NCBI GenBank assembly: GCA_963662315.1
Contig: OY759353.1
Coordinates: 3,104,001-3,168,000, forward strand
Origin: Geopsychrobacteraceae bacterium
GTDB taxonomy: Bacteria; Desulfobacterota; Desulfuromonadia; Desulfuromonadales; Geopsychrobacteraceae
DNA length: 64,000 nucleotides
Direction: 5' to 3'
Shown: positions 40,447-50,190 of the stretch, piece after piece
Layout: every line of letters starts with the position of its first letter
Position numbering within the stretch: position 1 is the first letter of the stretch
The notes under the pieces: model-generated
What the model was told of the DNA's origin: nothing
The model's database searches: none
The model's input: only the letters and a program-made list of their open reading frames with translations
Program-made: the position numbers and the translations under genes

Positions 40447-40494
40447 TTGTTTGACATGAAAAATGTAATCGATTACATTTTTCATGTCAAACAA
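40447..40494. promoter_or_regulatory. 48-bp perfect palindrome: LacI operator inside a symmetric pair of promoters
   Basis: TTGTTTGACATGAAAAATGTAATC|GATTACATTTTTCATGTCAAACAA; TTGACA-17-TACATT on both strands. Confidence 0.8.
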
Positions 40495-40508
40495 TTCAGG
40501 AGGCTATT

Positions 40509-42977
40509 ATGATTAATCTCGATCAGCAATCTGTTGTTCTTGGCTCCACTCCATCGAGCAAAGAGGCAGCTATAGAAGCAGTCGCGACAATTCTCGTTAA
40601 TAACGGCTGTATAGCTCCTGGTTACATTGAAAGTATGAAAAAGCGCGAGGTCGTTGCCAATACTTTCCTTGGCAACGGTATCGCGATTCCCCATGGGCTC
40701 CCTGAGCATCGTGAACTGATTCATAAAACCGGCATTGCTGTCTTGCAGGTACCCGGGGGAGTTGCCTGGAATCCTGGAGAGAGCGCGACCCTTGTCATCG
40801 GGATAGCCGCCAAGTCTGATGAACATATTGAAATTCTGACAAATCTTACCCGCCTGCTTGATGATTCTGCAACGATCAATGAACTGTCCTCAGCGACGAC
40901 AGCGGATATTATTATCGAGGCATTGTCCGGGCAGCGCAGGCCCGTACCGGAGAAGGCACCGGTTCTTGATCTGGACGGTTTCCAATCGATCACCGAGACG
41001 ATCAGCGGCGAACATGGCTTGCATGCCCGTCCGGCAACATTCTTAATTGAAATCGCCAAACAGTTTGAAGCTGAAATTCTGGTTGAACATGACGGGCAGG
41101 CTGCAAACGGGAAAAGTCTGGCATCCCTTCTTAAACTCGGAGTTACCAAGGGGAAAACCATTCGTATCCATGCCAAAGGCAGCGACGCTGTTGACGCTTT
41201 GAATCAGTTGAAAAATGCCATTGAAAGCGGGCTGGGAGAGACTGCAGAGGAGTCGAATGGCATCCAGGTCGCCCATGGCTGGCAGCCGCAGTCTGTCGCC
41301 AAAACGATTCCTGGCATTAACGCATCTCCTGGCCTGGCTTGTGGCGTGGTGCGCCAGTATGTTCATGAGCGGATTATTGTCGAGGCGAACGCAAAAGACC
41401 CCGACTATGAAAAGAACCGGCTGAAGCAGGCCGTTAGCGCTGCGAAAGAAAATCTGAAGAATCTTCATGATGAAGTCAGAGCCAAAGCCGGTGCCGCCAA
41501 AGCTGCTATTTTCCAGGCCCATATCGCGTTCCTTGAAGATCCGGAGTTACACGCTGAAGTCAATGAACTGATCAACTCCGGCAGAAGCTGTGGTTTCGCC
41601 TGGCGTCAGGTGATCGATGATCGGGTTCATGCTTTGGAGCTGCACAATGATCCGGTTCTGGCTGGCCGGGCCATGGATCTGCGTGATGTTGGCCGCCGCG
41701 TCCTGAAACATATCGCCGGTACCCTTCATGACCAACCTTTTATTCCTGACGAACCCGTTATACTTATCGCTGAAGATCTGACCCCTTCCGATACCGCAGC
41801 CCTTGATCCGGCACTGATTCTGGGGATCTGTACCGCCGGGGGTGGGCCTACCTCTCATTCGGCGATTATTGCCCGCTCCCTTGGTATCCCGGCCATTGTG
41901 TCTGCCGGCCCCGCAGTCCTGGGGATAGCTGATCACACCCTGGCGATTCTGGATGGTGACAGCGGCAATCTTTACCTGCAGCCGAGTGCGGCGGATCAGG
42001 AATCGGCAGAGCTGGCTCGCCGGCATTTGGAAACATTGCGTAACAGCGAATACGAAACGCGCTTTGAACCGGCGCTGACGACAGATGGACACCGCATTGA
42101 AGTCGTGGCCAATATCGGCAAGGTGGAAGAAGCCGAACAGGCGGTCAATGCCGGTGGTGAGGGCGTAGGACTGCTGCGCACGGAATTCCTCTTTCTGGGG
42201 CGTGAAACCCCGCCTGACGAGGAGGAGCAGTACCAGCACTATACCGCCATGCTGAAGAGCCTCAACGGTTTGCCGATGATCGTTCGTACACTCGATATCG
42301 GTGGTGATAAAGAGGTTTCTTATCTTGACCTGCCCGCAGAGGATAATCCATTTCTGGGTGAACGCGGCATCCGTCTGTGCCTGAACCGCCAGGAGCTGTT
42401 TCTGTCTCAGCTAAGAGCAATCTATCGGGCCTCCAAGCATGGTCCACTACGCATTATGCTGCCGATGGTATCGAGTATTGAAGAATTGCTGGCGGCGAAG
42501 GTGTTGCTCGAAAAAGCGCGTATCGAGACCGGGGCCGATCAGGTCGAGATCGGTATCATGGTCGAGGTTCCCTCCGCTGCCGTCATGGCGGATGTGTTTG
42601 CCCGCGAAGTTGACTTCTTCTCTATCGGGACCAACGACCTGACCCAGTACGTGTTGGCGATTGACCGCTTGCATCCGACCCTGGCTGCCCAGGCAGATAG
42701 TCTGCATCCGGCTGTTTTACGCATGATTGATATGGTCGTGAAAGCGGCAACTGAAGCGGGCATTTGGGTTGGTGTTTGCGGTGGCCTGGCAGGAGAACCT
42801 CTTGGGGCGGCTATTCTGGCGGGTCTGGGAGTCAAGGAACTGAGCATGGTTATCCCCAGTATTGCGGCTATTAAAGCGAGACTGCGCACCATGACCATTG
42901 CTGAGGCTCGTGAACTCGCAGCTAAGGCGCTGAGTTGCCAGACCATTAAGCAGGTTCGGGCTCTGCAGCAGCCATGA
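40509..42977 (+). CDS. fruB: Fructose multiphosphoryl transfer protein (EIIA-HPr-EI fusion)
   Basis: GNGIAIPHG (EIIA), GLHARPA (HPr), TSHSAI, GLLRTEFLF, FFSIGTNDLTQY (EI). Confidence 0.93.
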   Translation: MINLDQQSVVLGSTPSSKEAAIEAVATILVNNGCIAPGYIESMKKREVVANTFLGNGIAIPHGLPEHRELIHKTGIAVLQVPGGVAWNPGESATLVIGIAAKSDEHIEILTNLTRLLDDSATINELSSATTADIIIEALSGQRRPVPEKAPVLDLDGFQSITETISGEHGLHARPATFLIEIAKQFEAEILVEHDGQAANGKSLASLLKLGVTKGKTIRIHAKGSDAVDALNQLKNAIESGLGETAEESNGIQVAHGWQPQSVAKTIPGINASPGLACGVVRQYVHERIIVEANAKDPDYEKNRLKQAVSAAKENLKNLHDEVRAKAGAAKAAIFQAHIAFLEDPELHAEVNELINSGRSCGFAWRQVIDDRVHALELHNDPVLAGRAMDLRDVGRRVLKHIAGTLHDQPFIPDEPVILIAEDLTPSDTAALDPALILGICTAGGGPTSHSAIIARSLGIPAIVSAGPAVLGIADHTLAILDGDSGNLYLQPSAADQESAELARRHLETLRNSEYETRFEPALTTDGHRIEVVANIGKVEEAEQAVNAGGEGVGLLRTEFLFLGRETPPDEEEQYQHYTAMLKSLNGLPMIVRTLDIGGDKEVSYLDLPAEDNPFLGERGIRLCLNRQELFLSQLRAIYRASKHGPLRIMLPMVSSIEELLAAKVLLEKARIETGADQVEIGIMVEVPSAAVMADVFAREVDFFSIGTNDLTQYVLAIDRLHPTLAAQADSLHPAVLRMIDMVVKAATEAGIWVGVCGGLAGEPLGAAILAGLGVKELSMVIPSIAAIKARLRTMTIAEARELAAKALSCQTIKQVRALQQP

Positions 42978-42990
42978 AAGGAGGGTGCTC

Positions 42991-43959
42991 ATGACCAAGC
43001 GTCAGGGAATTATAACTGTGACCCTGAATCCGGCCATCGACCTGACCTGCTCTATTCCGGAATTCAAAACCGGGGCTGTCAACCGGGTGTCCGGGTCGCG
43101 TACCGATGCCGGCGGAAAGGGAGTCAATATCGCGAGGTTGCTGCGGGTTTTCGACCTGCCGGTGATTGCTACCGGTTTTCTGGGCCAGGATAATCCTCAT
43201 ATTTTTGAAAAGCTTTTCCGTGAACGAGAGATTACGGATCAATTTATCCGTGTCCCGGGAGAAACACGGACCGGCATAAAAATCCTTGATGATGCGGCCC
43301 ACACGACCACAGATATCAATTTCCCCGGGCTGACCCCAACTTCGGTTGACTTTGAGCGGTTGCTGAATCAGCTTACCTCACTCGCTGCAACAGCCCGGAT
43401 TGTCATCATCGCGGGCAGCCTTCCAGCAACATTGCCGCCGCAAGCTGTTGGTGAGCTTGTCAAGGTGGCTCAAAAAGCGGGGGCCAGTGTTTTTGTCGAC
43501 ACCAGTGGACCGGCGTTAAGTCATGCCATTCACGCCGGACCTTCATTGATCAAACCAAACCAGGATGAACTTGGCGAATATCTTGGGCGCCCTCTGAGTG
43601 ATCTTGAAGATATTCTCAGAGAAGCTCAGCAGCTTGTCAGGCGTGGCATTGACACCATTATCGTTTCTCTTGGCTCCAGGGGAGCTCTGTTTGTCAACCG
43701 GGACCAGGCTCTGCTCACGGCTCCGCCACGCATAAAGCCGGTCAGTACTGTCGGTGCCGGTGATGCAATGATCGGAAGCTTTGCTGCCGGGCTCCTGACG
43801 GGACTCTCATTTGCAGACAGCGCCCGTTTGGCAACAGCGGTTTCCGCTGCTGTCGTTACGTTGGCGGGACCCGGACTCGATACCCTCGCCACCGCCGAGC
43901 AATTAAATGACCAGGTACAGATAAAACAGGTTTATCCTCAGGGAGGACACAATGAGTAA
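42991..43959 (+). CDS. fruK: 1-phosphofructokinase
   Basis: TVTLNPAID, GGKGVN, IKPNQDE, STVGAGD. Confidence 0.93.
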   Translation: MTKRQGIITVTLNPAIDLTCSIPEFKTGAVNRVSGSRTDAGGKGVNIARLLRVFDLPVIATGFLGQDNPHIFEKLFREREITDQFIRVPGETRTGIKILDDAAHTTTDINFPGLTPTSVDFERLLNQLTSLAATARIVIIAGSLPATLPPQAVGELVKVAQKAGASVFVDTSGPALSHAIHAGPSLIKPNQDELGEYLGRPLSDLEDILREAQQLVRRGIDTIIVSLGSRGALFVNRDQALLTAPPRIKPVSTVGAGDAMIGSFAAGLLTGLSFADSARLATAVSAAVVTLAGPGLDTLATAEQLNDQVQIKQVYPQGGHNE

Positions 43960-45706
43960 AATTGTTGCAGTCACAGCATGCCCGACCGGAATCGCCCACA
44001 CCATCATGGCCGCAGAAGCTTTGAAAAAGGTCGGAGCTACTATGGGGCACCAGATTGAGATCGAAACTCAAGGAGCGGAGGGGGGCAAAAATATTCTCAG
44101 TGCGGAGGCCATTGCCGCAGCCGAAGTTGTCATTATTGCTGCGGATATCCACGTTGATCCCTCTCGTTTTGCCGGTAAACCTATTTTTGCGGTGAGCACC
44201 AGTGAGGCGATCCGCATGACCCAAGCGGTCATTGGAAAAGCCTTGCTTGAAAAAGCAAGCCGGGAAGAAGAATTGCTACAGGCGCCTGAGCCTGTAGTCA
44301 GCGTATCCTCAGACTCCCCTAAATTTATTATCGGGGTGACCTCGTGTCCGACCGGAATCGCTCACACCTTTATGGCTGCCGAAGCGTTGCGCAAGGCTGC
44401 GGAAGAACTCGGTCACGAAGTTAAGATCGAGACACAAGGGTCCGTCGGAGCCAAGAATGTTCTGACGCCTGAAGAGATCGCCCGGGCCGATGCCGTTATT
44501 ATTGCCGCCGATGCGTTTGTCGATACCGCCCGCTTTGCCGGCAAGCCTCTTTACGAAACATCGACCAAAGAAGCGCTGCATCATGGTAAAAAAGTCATTG
44601 CCGCCGGTCTCGAAGCCCAACCGACAGGTAAACAAAACCTGTCCAGCAAGGTCGATGAGCTGAAGAAAGAGCGTTCCGCAGCACGAACCGGGCCCTATCG
44701 TCACCTGATGACCGGCGTCTCCTACATGCTGCCCGTGGTTGTGGCAGGAGGATTACTGATTGCATTGGCGTTTGCATTTGGCGGGATCTATGCCGGCGAT
44801 CAGGAAGGGACCTTCGGCTGGGCGCTGATGCAGATTGGCGGTGCCACCGCATTCTCATTGTTTGTGCCCGTTCTTGGTGCCTTTATCGCCTACTCTATTG
44901 CCGAACGTCCTGGGATTACCCCCGGCCTGGTCGGCGGAATGCTCGCAACGTCAGTCGGATCGGGTTTTTTAGGGGGTATCGTTGCCGGTTTCCTGGCTGG
45001 TTACCTGACCAAAGCCCTGAATGATAATATCAAGTTGCCGCAAAACCTCCAGGGGCTCAAACCGGTGTTGATCCTGCCGTTTCTGTCAACCCTGATTGTC
45101 GGGTTGCTGATGATCTTTGTCATTGGTCCCCCGGTGAAGCTCGTTCTCAACGCTCTGACCACCTGGTTGCAGAGCATGCATTCAACCAGTGCCCTGCTGC
45201 TGGGTCTGATCCTGGGAGCAATGATGGCTTTCGATATGGGAGGACCGGTGAACAAGGCGGCCTACACGTTCTCCGTCGGGCTGCTGTCGAGCCAGGTCTA
45301 TGCCCCCATGGCAGCCGTCATGGCGGCAGGGATGACTCCGCCACTGGGCTTGGCCCTGGCGGCAACCCTGTTCAAGAATCGTTTTACCGATGATGAACAG
45401 GAAGCCAGTAAAGCCGCATTTGTGCTGGGAATATCTTTTATTACCGAAGGAGCCATTCCCTTTGCGGCCCGCGATCCATTCCGGGTTATCCCATGCATTA
45501 TGATTGGTTCGGCGGCTACCGGAGCATTGTCGATGGTTTTCGGTTCAACCCTGATGGTTCCTCACGGCGGGATTTTCGTTCTCTTTATTCCTAATGCCGT
45601 GACCCATTTACTTCTTTACGCGGTTGCGATTATCGCCGGAACCCTGATAACCACCATCGCCCTTTATCTTGTTAAGCGTCCCATTCCGACCGTTCCCCAG
45701 CAATAA
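43952..45706 (+). CDS. fruA: PTS fructose EIIB-EIIB-EIIC
   Basis: Two CPTGIAHT EIIB domains; FDMGGPVNK, ITEGAIPF. Confidence 0.95.
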   Translation: MSKIVAVTACPTGIAHTIMAAEALKKVGATMGHQIEIETQGAEGGKNILSAEAIAAAEVVIIAADIHVDPSRFAGKPIFAVSTSEAIRMTQAVIGKALLEKASREEELLQAPEPVVSVSSDSPKFIIGVTSCPTGIAHTFMAAEALRKAAEELGHEVKIETQGSVGAKNVLTPEEIARADAVIIAADAFVDTARFAGKPLYETSTKEALHHGKKVIAAGLEAQPTGKQNLSSKVDELKKERSAARTGPYRHLMTGVSYMLPVVVAGGLLIALAFAFGGIYAGDQEGTFGWALMQIGGATAFSLFVPVLGAFIAYSIAERPGITPGLVGGMLATSVGSGFLGGIVAGFLAGYLTKALNDNIKLPQNLQGLKPVLILPFLSTLIVGLLMIFVIGPPVKLVLNALTTWLQSMHSTSALLLGLILGAMMAFDMGGPVNKAAYTFSVGLLSSQVYAPMAAVMAAGMTPPLGLALAATLFKNRFTDDEQEASKAAFVLGISFITEGAIPFAARDPFRVIPCIMIGSAATGALSMVFGSTLMVPHGGIFVLFIPNAVTHLLLYAVAIIAGTLITTIALYLVKRPIPTVPQQ

Positions 45707-45803
45707 GCTCTTTACGGGCGGGTTTCTGAACGGAAGCCCGTCCGCCATTACCTGGCACTGACCAGGAAATGCGAATCCACAGCAACAACTCCGCGGCCAA
45801 TAA

Positions 45804-46838
<1,035 letters not shown>

Positions 46839-46859
46839 ACAACAGACCCTCCTGTCTGT

Positions 46860-46901
46860 TGCCAGAGATGGCCCTTACCCTTTCCCGGGCCATCTCTGGC
46901 A
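46860..46901 (+). terminator. Hairpin after gap
   Basis: TGCCAGAGATGGCCC...GGGCCATCTCTGGCA, 15-bp stem. Confidence 0.7.
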
Positions 46902-47282
46902 CATCGAATCAGTTGATTGCTGAATATGAAGACGAATAATTGTTCTTATTTATTCAATAATAAGCGTTCAGAAATATGATATGTTCACCAATAAATGTTC
47001 AAAAATATGTGCGATCCATTGAAAATAAATCATTTTCTTTGGTGTGTTTACTGCGTTGCTCTCCAAAAGTATAGGCAGTCATTGCCGGAATCGAATTGTC
47101 ACAGAGGATCATGCAGTGAGACAGGATCTGGTTGTTCTGGAGAACAGGACAAGCTAAAGTAACAGATAAGGAATAGTCATTCAAGGAGCTGAATTTTAGA
47201 GGTTTAAATCCTTGAGAATGGTTTTTATAAACCTGTGTGAGAAGAAACCGTTTTATGCCCTTGGGTCTAAGGGGCAGAGACG

Positions 47283-47993
47283 TTATTTTGCAGTTCTTAT
47301 CTGTAACAGCAGAGGATGAAATATCTGGTGCTGGTTCAGGTAGTCAATCAAATCAAAATCCCCTGTCTTTAATTTGTTACTGAGCGTGTGTTCCATTTCA
47401 AGCCAGACCTGATAAATCAGGTTACCACTCAACCCGTATCCACATTGTTGTTGCATCGACCAGATGAGATCCGTTTCGAGTTCACTGGCCAATTCCTGGG
47501 GGGCAGCCAGATAATGGGTCGGGAAGTTGACGATGTTGCGGTCGAGGCTGCTGAGAAATGCTGTTTTTTCCAGTGGGTGCAGACTGGAAAAATCGACGCC
47601 GCACCACGCACTGGGGCGGGAAGACAGGAGCGCCCGGCAGCTAAGCGGCCGCTCAGAGTAAATACTGCACGCCTGACTCTGGGAATCAAGAAAAATACAG
47701 CTACCGACAGTGTCCCGGTATAGACGGAGAAAATCTTTCAGGGATGGACAGCTCTTAGCCAGATCCTGAATGCGGGTTGCCAGAGCAGAAATGCTTTCCC
47801 GCTGTCCGGTGGACAGCAGGGAAGCAATGGCAGCGGCTTCAGGAAAGCTGCAATTGACCACGAGAGAACAGCAGTTTGGACAGCCTTTCTGGCAATAGAT
47901 GCGCTGACAGTTCGGCAAGGTTAGCCGTTCAATGTGCAGATCAAGCTGTTTTTTGCTTCTGCTGAGTTGAGGCGCTGACAGTGAGATGCCCAT
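47283..47993 (-). CDS. YkgJ-family cysteine-cluster protein
   Basis: CQKGCPNCC, CIFLD, CSIYSERPLSCR. Confidence 0.85.
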   Translation of the reverse strand: MGISLSAPQLSRSKKQLDLHIERLTLPNCQRIYCQKGCPNCCSLVVNCSFPEAAAIASLLSTGQRESISALATRIQDLAKSCPSLKDFLRLYRDTVGSCIFLDSQSQACSIYSERPLSCRALLSSRPSAWCGVDFSSLHPLEKTAFLSSLDRNIVNFPTHYLAAPQELASELETDLIWSMQQQCGYGLSGNLIYQVWLEMEHTLSNKLKTGDFDLIDYLNQHQIFHPLLLQIRTAK

Positions 47994-48949
47994 CAGTTGA
48001 CCTGATTCACCGGTTGCCCGTTTTTAAACGCAGCCACATTTTCGACAACAATCTCCATCAGGCGTTTACGTGCCTCAATGGTTGCCCACGCCATATGTGG
48101 TGTGATGTAGGTGTTGGGTGCCGCTATCAGCGGATGATCTTCCTCCGGTGGTTCCATCTGCAGAACATCTGCGGCATAGCCGCCAAGGTAGCCTTCCTCC
48201 AACGCCTCGATAACAGCGGCTTCGTCAATCAGTTGACCGCGGCCGGTATTAACCAGTACCGCGCCATTTTTGATGCGGGCAAGACGCGCAGTATTGACAA
48301 GATTCCGGGTTTGCTCAGTAAGCGGGCAATGAAGGCTGATGACATGGCAACGTGAAAACAGTTCATCAATATCAATAAACTCAACATCCTCTTCAGTGCT
48401 GTATTTTTCAGGATGAGCTGTGCTGGACAGAACCTTCATGCCGAAGGCGTTGGCAATATTTTTGACTTGGCGACCGATTTGGCCGTAACCGACGATACCC
48501 ATGGTTTTTCCGGCCAGTTCAAAGAGAGGCCGATTGTGGAAGCTGAAGTCGGGGCAGTTAGCCCAGGCTCCCTGCCGCACCTGTTCAGCATGATGACCAA
48601 CATGTTGGCTCATTTCCAGTAACAGGGCAAAGACCATCTGGGACACCGAAGCGGTACCATAGCCCGGTGCATTAGTGACCACGATGCCAGCTTGCCCGGC
48701 TGCTTCAACATCAACAATGTTATAGCCGGTTGCCAGCACGCCAATGTATTTCAGTTGTGGCAATTGCTCAATGGCATCAGCAGAGATAGCAGTCTTATTC
48801 GTCAGGACAACAGTCGCCTCCTGGCAGCGTTCAACCACCTGCTCTGAAGCTGTGCGTGGATATATGGCACATTGCCCCAACATTTTCAGCGGGGCCCAGT
48901 CAAGGTCCCCTGGATTCAGGGTATGGCCGTCTAAAACAACGATTTTCAT
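47993..48949 (-). CDS. D-2-hydroxyacid dehydrogenase (glycerate dehydrogenase-like)
   Basis: ATGYNIVD, GIVGYGQIG, SLHCPLT, NTGRG, TPHMAW. Confidence 0.93.
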   Translation of the reverse strand: MKIVVLDGHTLNPGDLDWAPLKMLGQCAIYPRTASEQVVERCQEATVVLTNKTAISADAIEQLPQLKYIGVLATGYNIVDVEAAGQAGIVVTNAPGYGTASVSQMVFALLLEMSQHVGHHAEQVRQGAWANCPDFSFHNRPLFELAGKTMGIVGYGQIGRQVKNIANAFGMKVLSSTAHPEKYSTEEDVEFIDIDELFSRCHVISLHCPLTEQTRNLVNTARLARIKNGAVLVNTGRGQLIDEAAVIEALEEGYLGGYAADVLQMEPPEEDHPLIAAPNTYITPHMAWATIEARKRLMEIVVENVAAFKNGQPVNQVN

Positions 48950-49656
48950 GAAGGATCCTTTTTTCTGGCTGATTGACCGAACAGGGCGGACAGTTCCTGG
49001 CGCTCTTCACTGCTGACCAGCTCAATCGGTTCTGGTCGGGCGTGGCAGGTGCGGTTGCGCCCTTCCTGTTTGGCCTGATAAAGATATTTATCGGCGTTTT
49101 CGATAAGCTGTTCCGGTTGCAGGGCACTGTTCAACTGGTAGGTTGCAATGCCGATACTGACCGTCAGTGATAACGGAGTATCATTATGGGAAAGCGGTGA
49201 TTCGGCAATCAGGATGCGGATACGTTCAGCAACCTGTACGCTCGCCAGCAGACCGGTATCTGGGAGAATAATGGCAAACTCTTCGCCACCATAGCGGCAG
49301 GGGATGTCGAGGCGCCGTACCGTCTGGCGAATGATATCAGCGACATGCATTAGAGCCTTGTTGCCTGTTTCATGCCCCCAGGTGTCATTGACGTTTTTAA
49401 AGTGATCGATATCCAGCATCATCAGAGACGTAGGTTGCCCGCTACGCTGGGTTCTTTCCAGTTCCTGAGCGAGGGACTGAAGAAAAAAGCGATAGTTGGC
49501 CAACCCGGTCAGGGTGTCAGTACTGATTGCTTCAGATAGACGAACATTTTCTTCACGTAGTGCATTGACTTCGTCAGCAATAGTACAATCTTCAATCCCG
49601 ACAGGACACCGCACGGGCGAAGGATCATTAACTGGTTGTTTCTCGGATGAAATCAT
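48946..49656 (-). CDS. Diguanylate cyclase (GGDEF)
   Basis: DTLTGL, DIDHFKNVND, RRLD I-site, GGEEF. Confidence 0.93.
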   Translation of the reverse strand: MISSEKQPVNDPSPVRCPVGIEDCTIADEVNALREENVRLSEAISTDTLTGLANYRFFLQSLAQELERTQRSGQPTSLMMLDIDHFKNVNDTWGHETGNKALMHVADIIRQTVRRLDIPCRYGGEEFAIILPDTGLLASVQVAERIRILIAESPLSHNDTPLSLTVSIGIATYQLNSALQPEQLIENADKYLYQAKQEGRNRTCHARPEPIELVSSEERQELSALFGQSARKKDPS

Positions 49657-49686
49657 GAGGCAATAAGAGGGCAAGTAACGAACGGC

Positions 49687-50130
49687 TTAGTCAATAAAGT
49701 AGCCGGCGACCCGCCAGCTGCCGTCCGAAGTCAGCATCAGGGTGACCGTCTCTTTGGCATGGGTTTTATTGGTAAAGATAGATGCGTAAGAATAAACCAT
49801 ATATTCCCCTTCTGGAACACCTTGTTTAGCTTCCTTGGTGTAAGTATAGTCCGTCTGCTTACGTTCTTTCAATGACCCGGCTGCGCTTCTGGCGGCGGCA
49901 AGCTGTTGTCGCCACTGACCAAGTGGAACTGTATTTTTAAGATAATCGGCGCAAACATGCCAACTTTGCTCATAGTGTTGCTCATCAACAAGAGTCAAAA
50001 ACTGGTAAGCTGCGGCACCCGAGGCATCAAGGCGCTGTTGATCAGGTTTATGTGCGTAGCGCGGGTAAACAATAATGGCCAGGGCCACCAACGCCAAAAA
50101 AATGTGGATGCGATACGTTCGTGCCAACAC
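49687..50130 (-). CDS. DUF4019-like protein with N-terminal TM segment
   Basis: FLTLVD...YEQSW, PEGEY, ETVTL...WRVAGYFI. Confidence 0.75.
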   Translation of the reverse strand: MLARTYRIHIFLALVALAIIVYPRYAHKPDQQRLDASGAAAYQFLTLVDEQHYEQSWHVCADYLKNTVPLGQWRQQLAAARSAAGSLKERKQTDYTYTKEAKQGVPEGEYMVYSYASIFTNKTHAKETVTLMLTSDGSWRVAGYFID

Positions 50131-50190
50131 GTGAAGCCTCCTGTAAAAAGGTCCCGCTATTTATACTGCCACTATAGTCATGAAAAAAGG

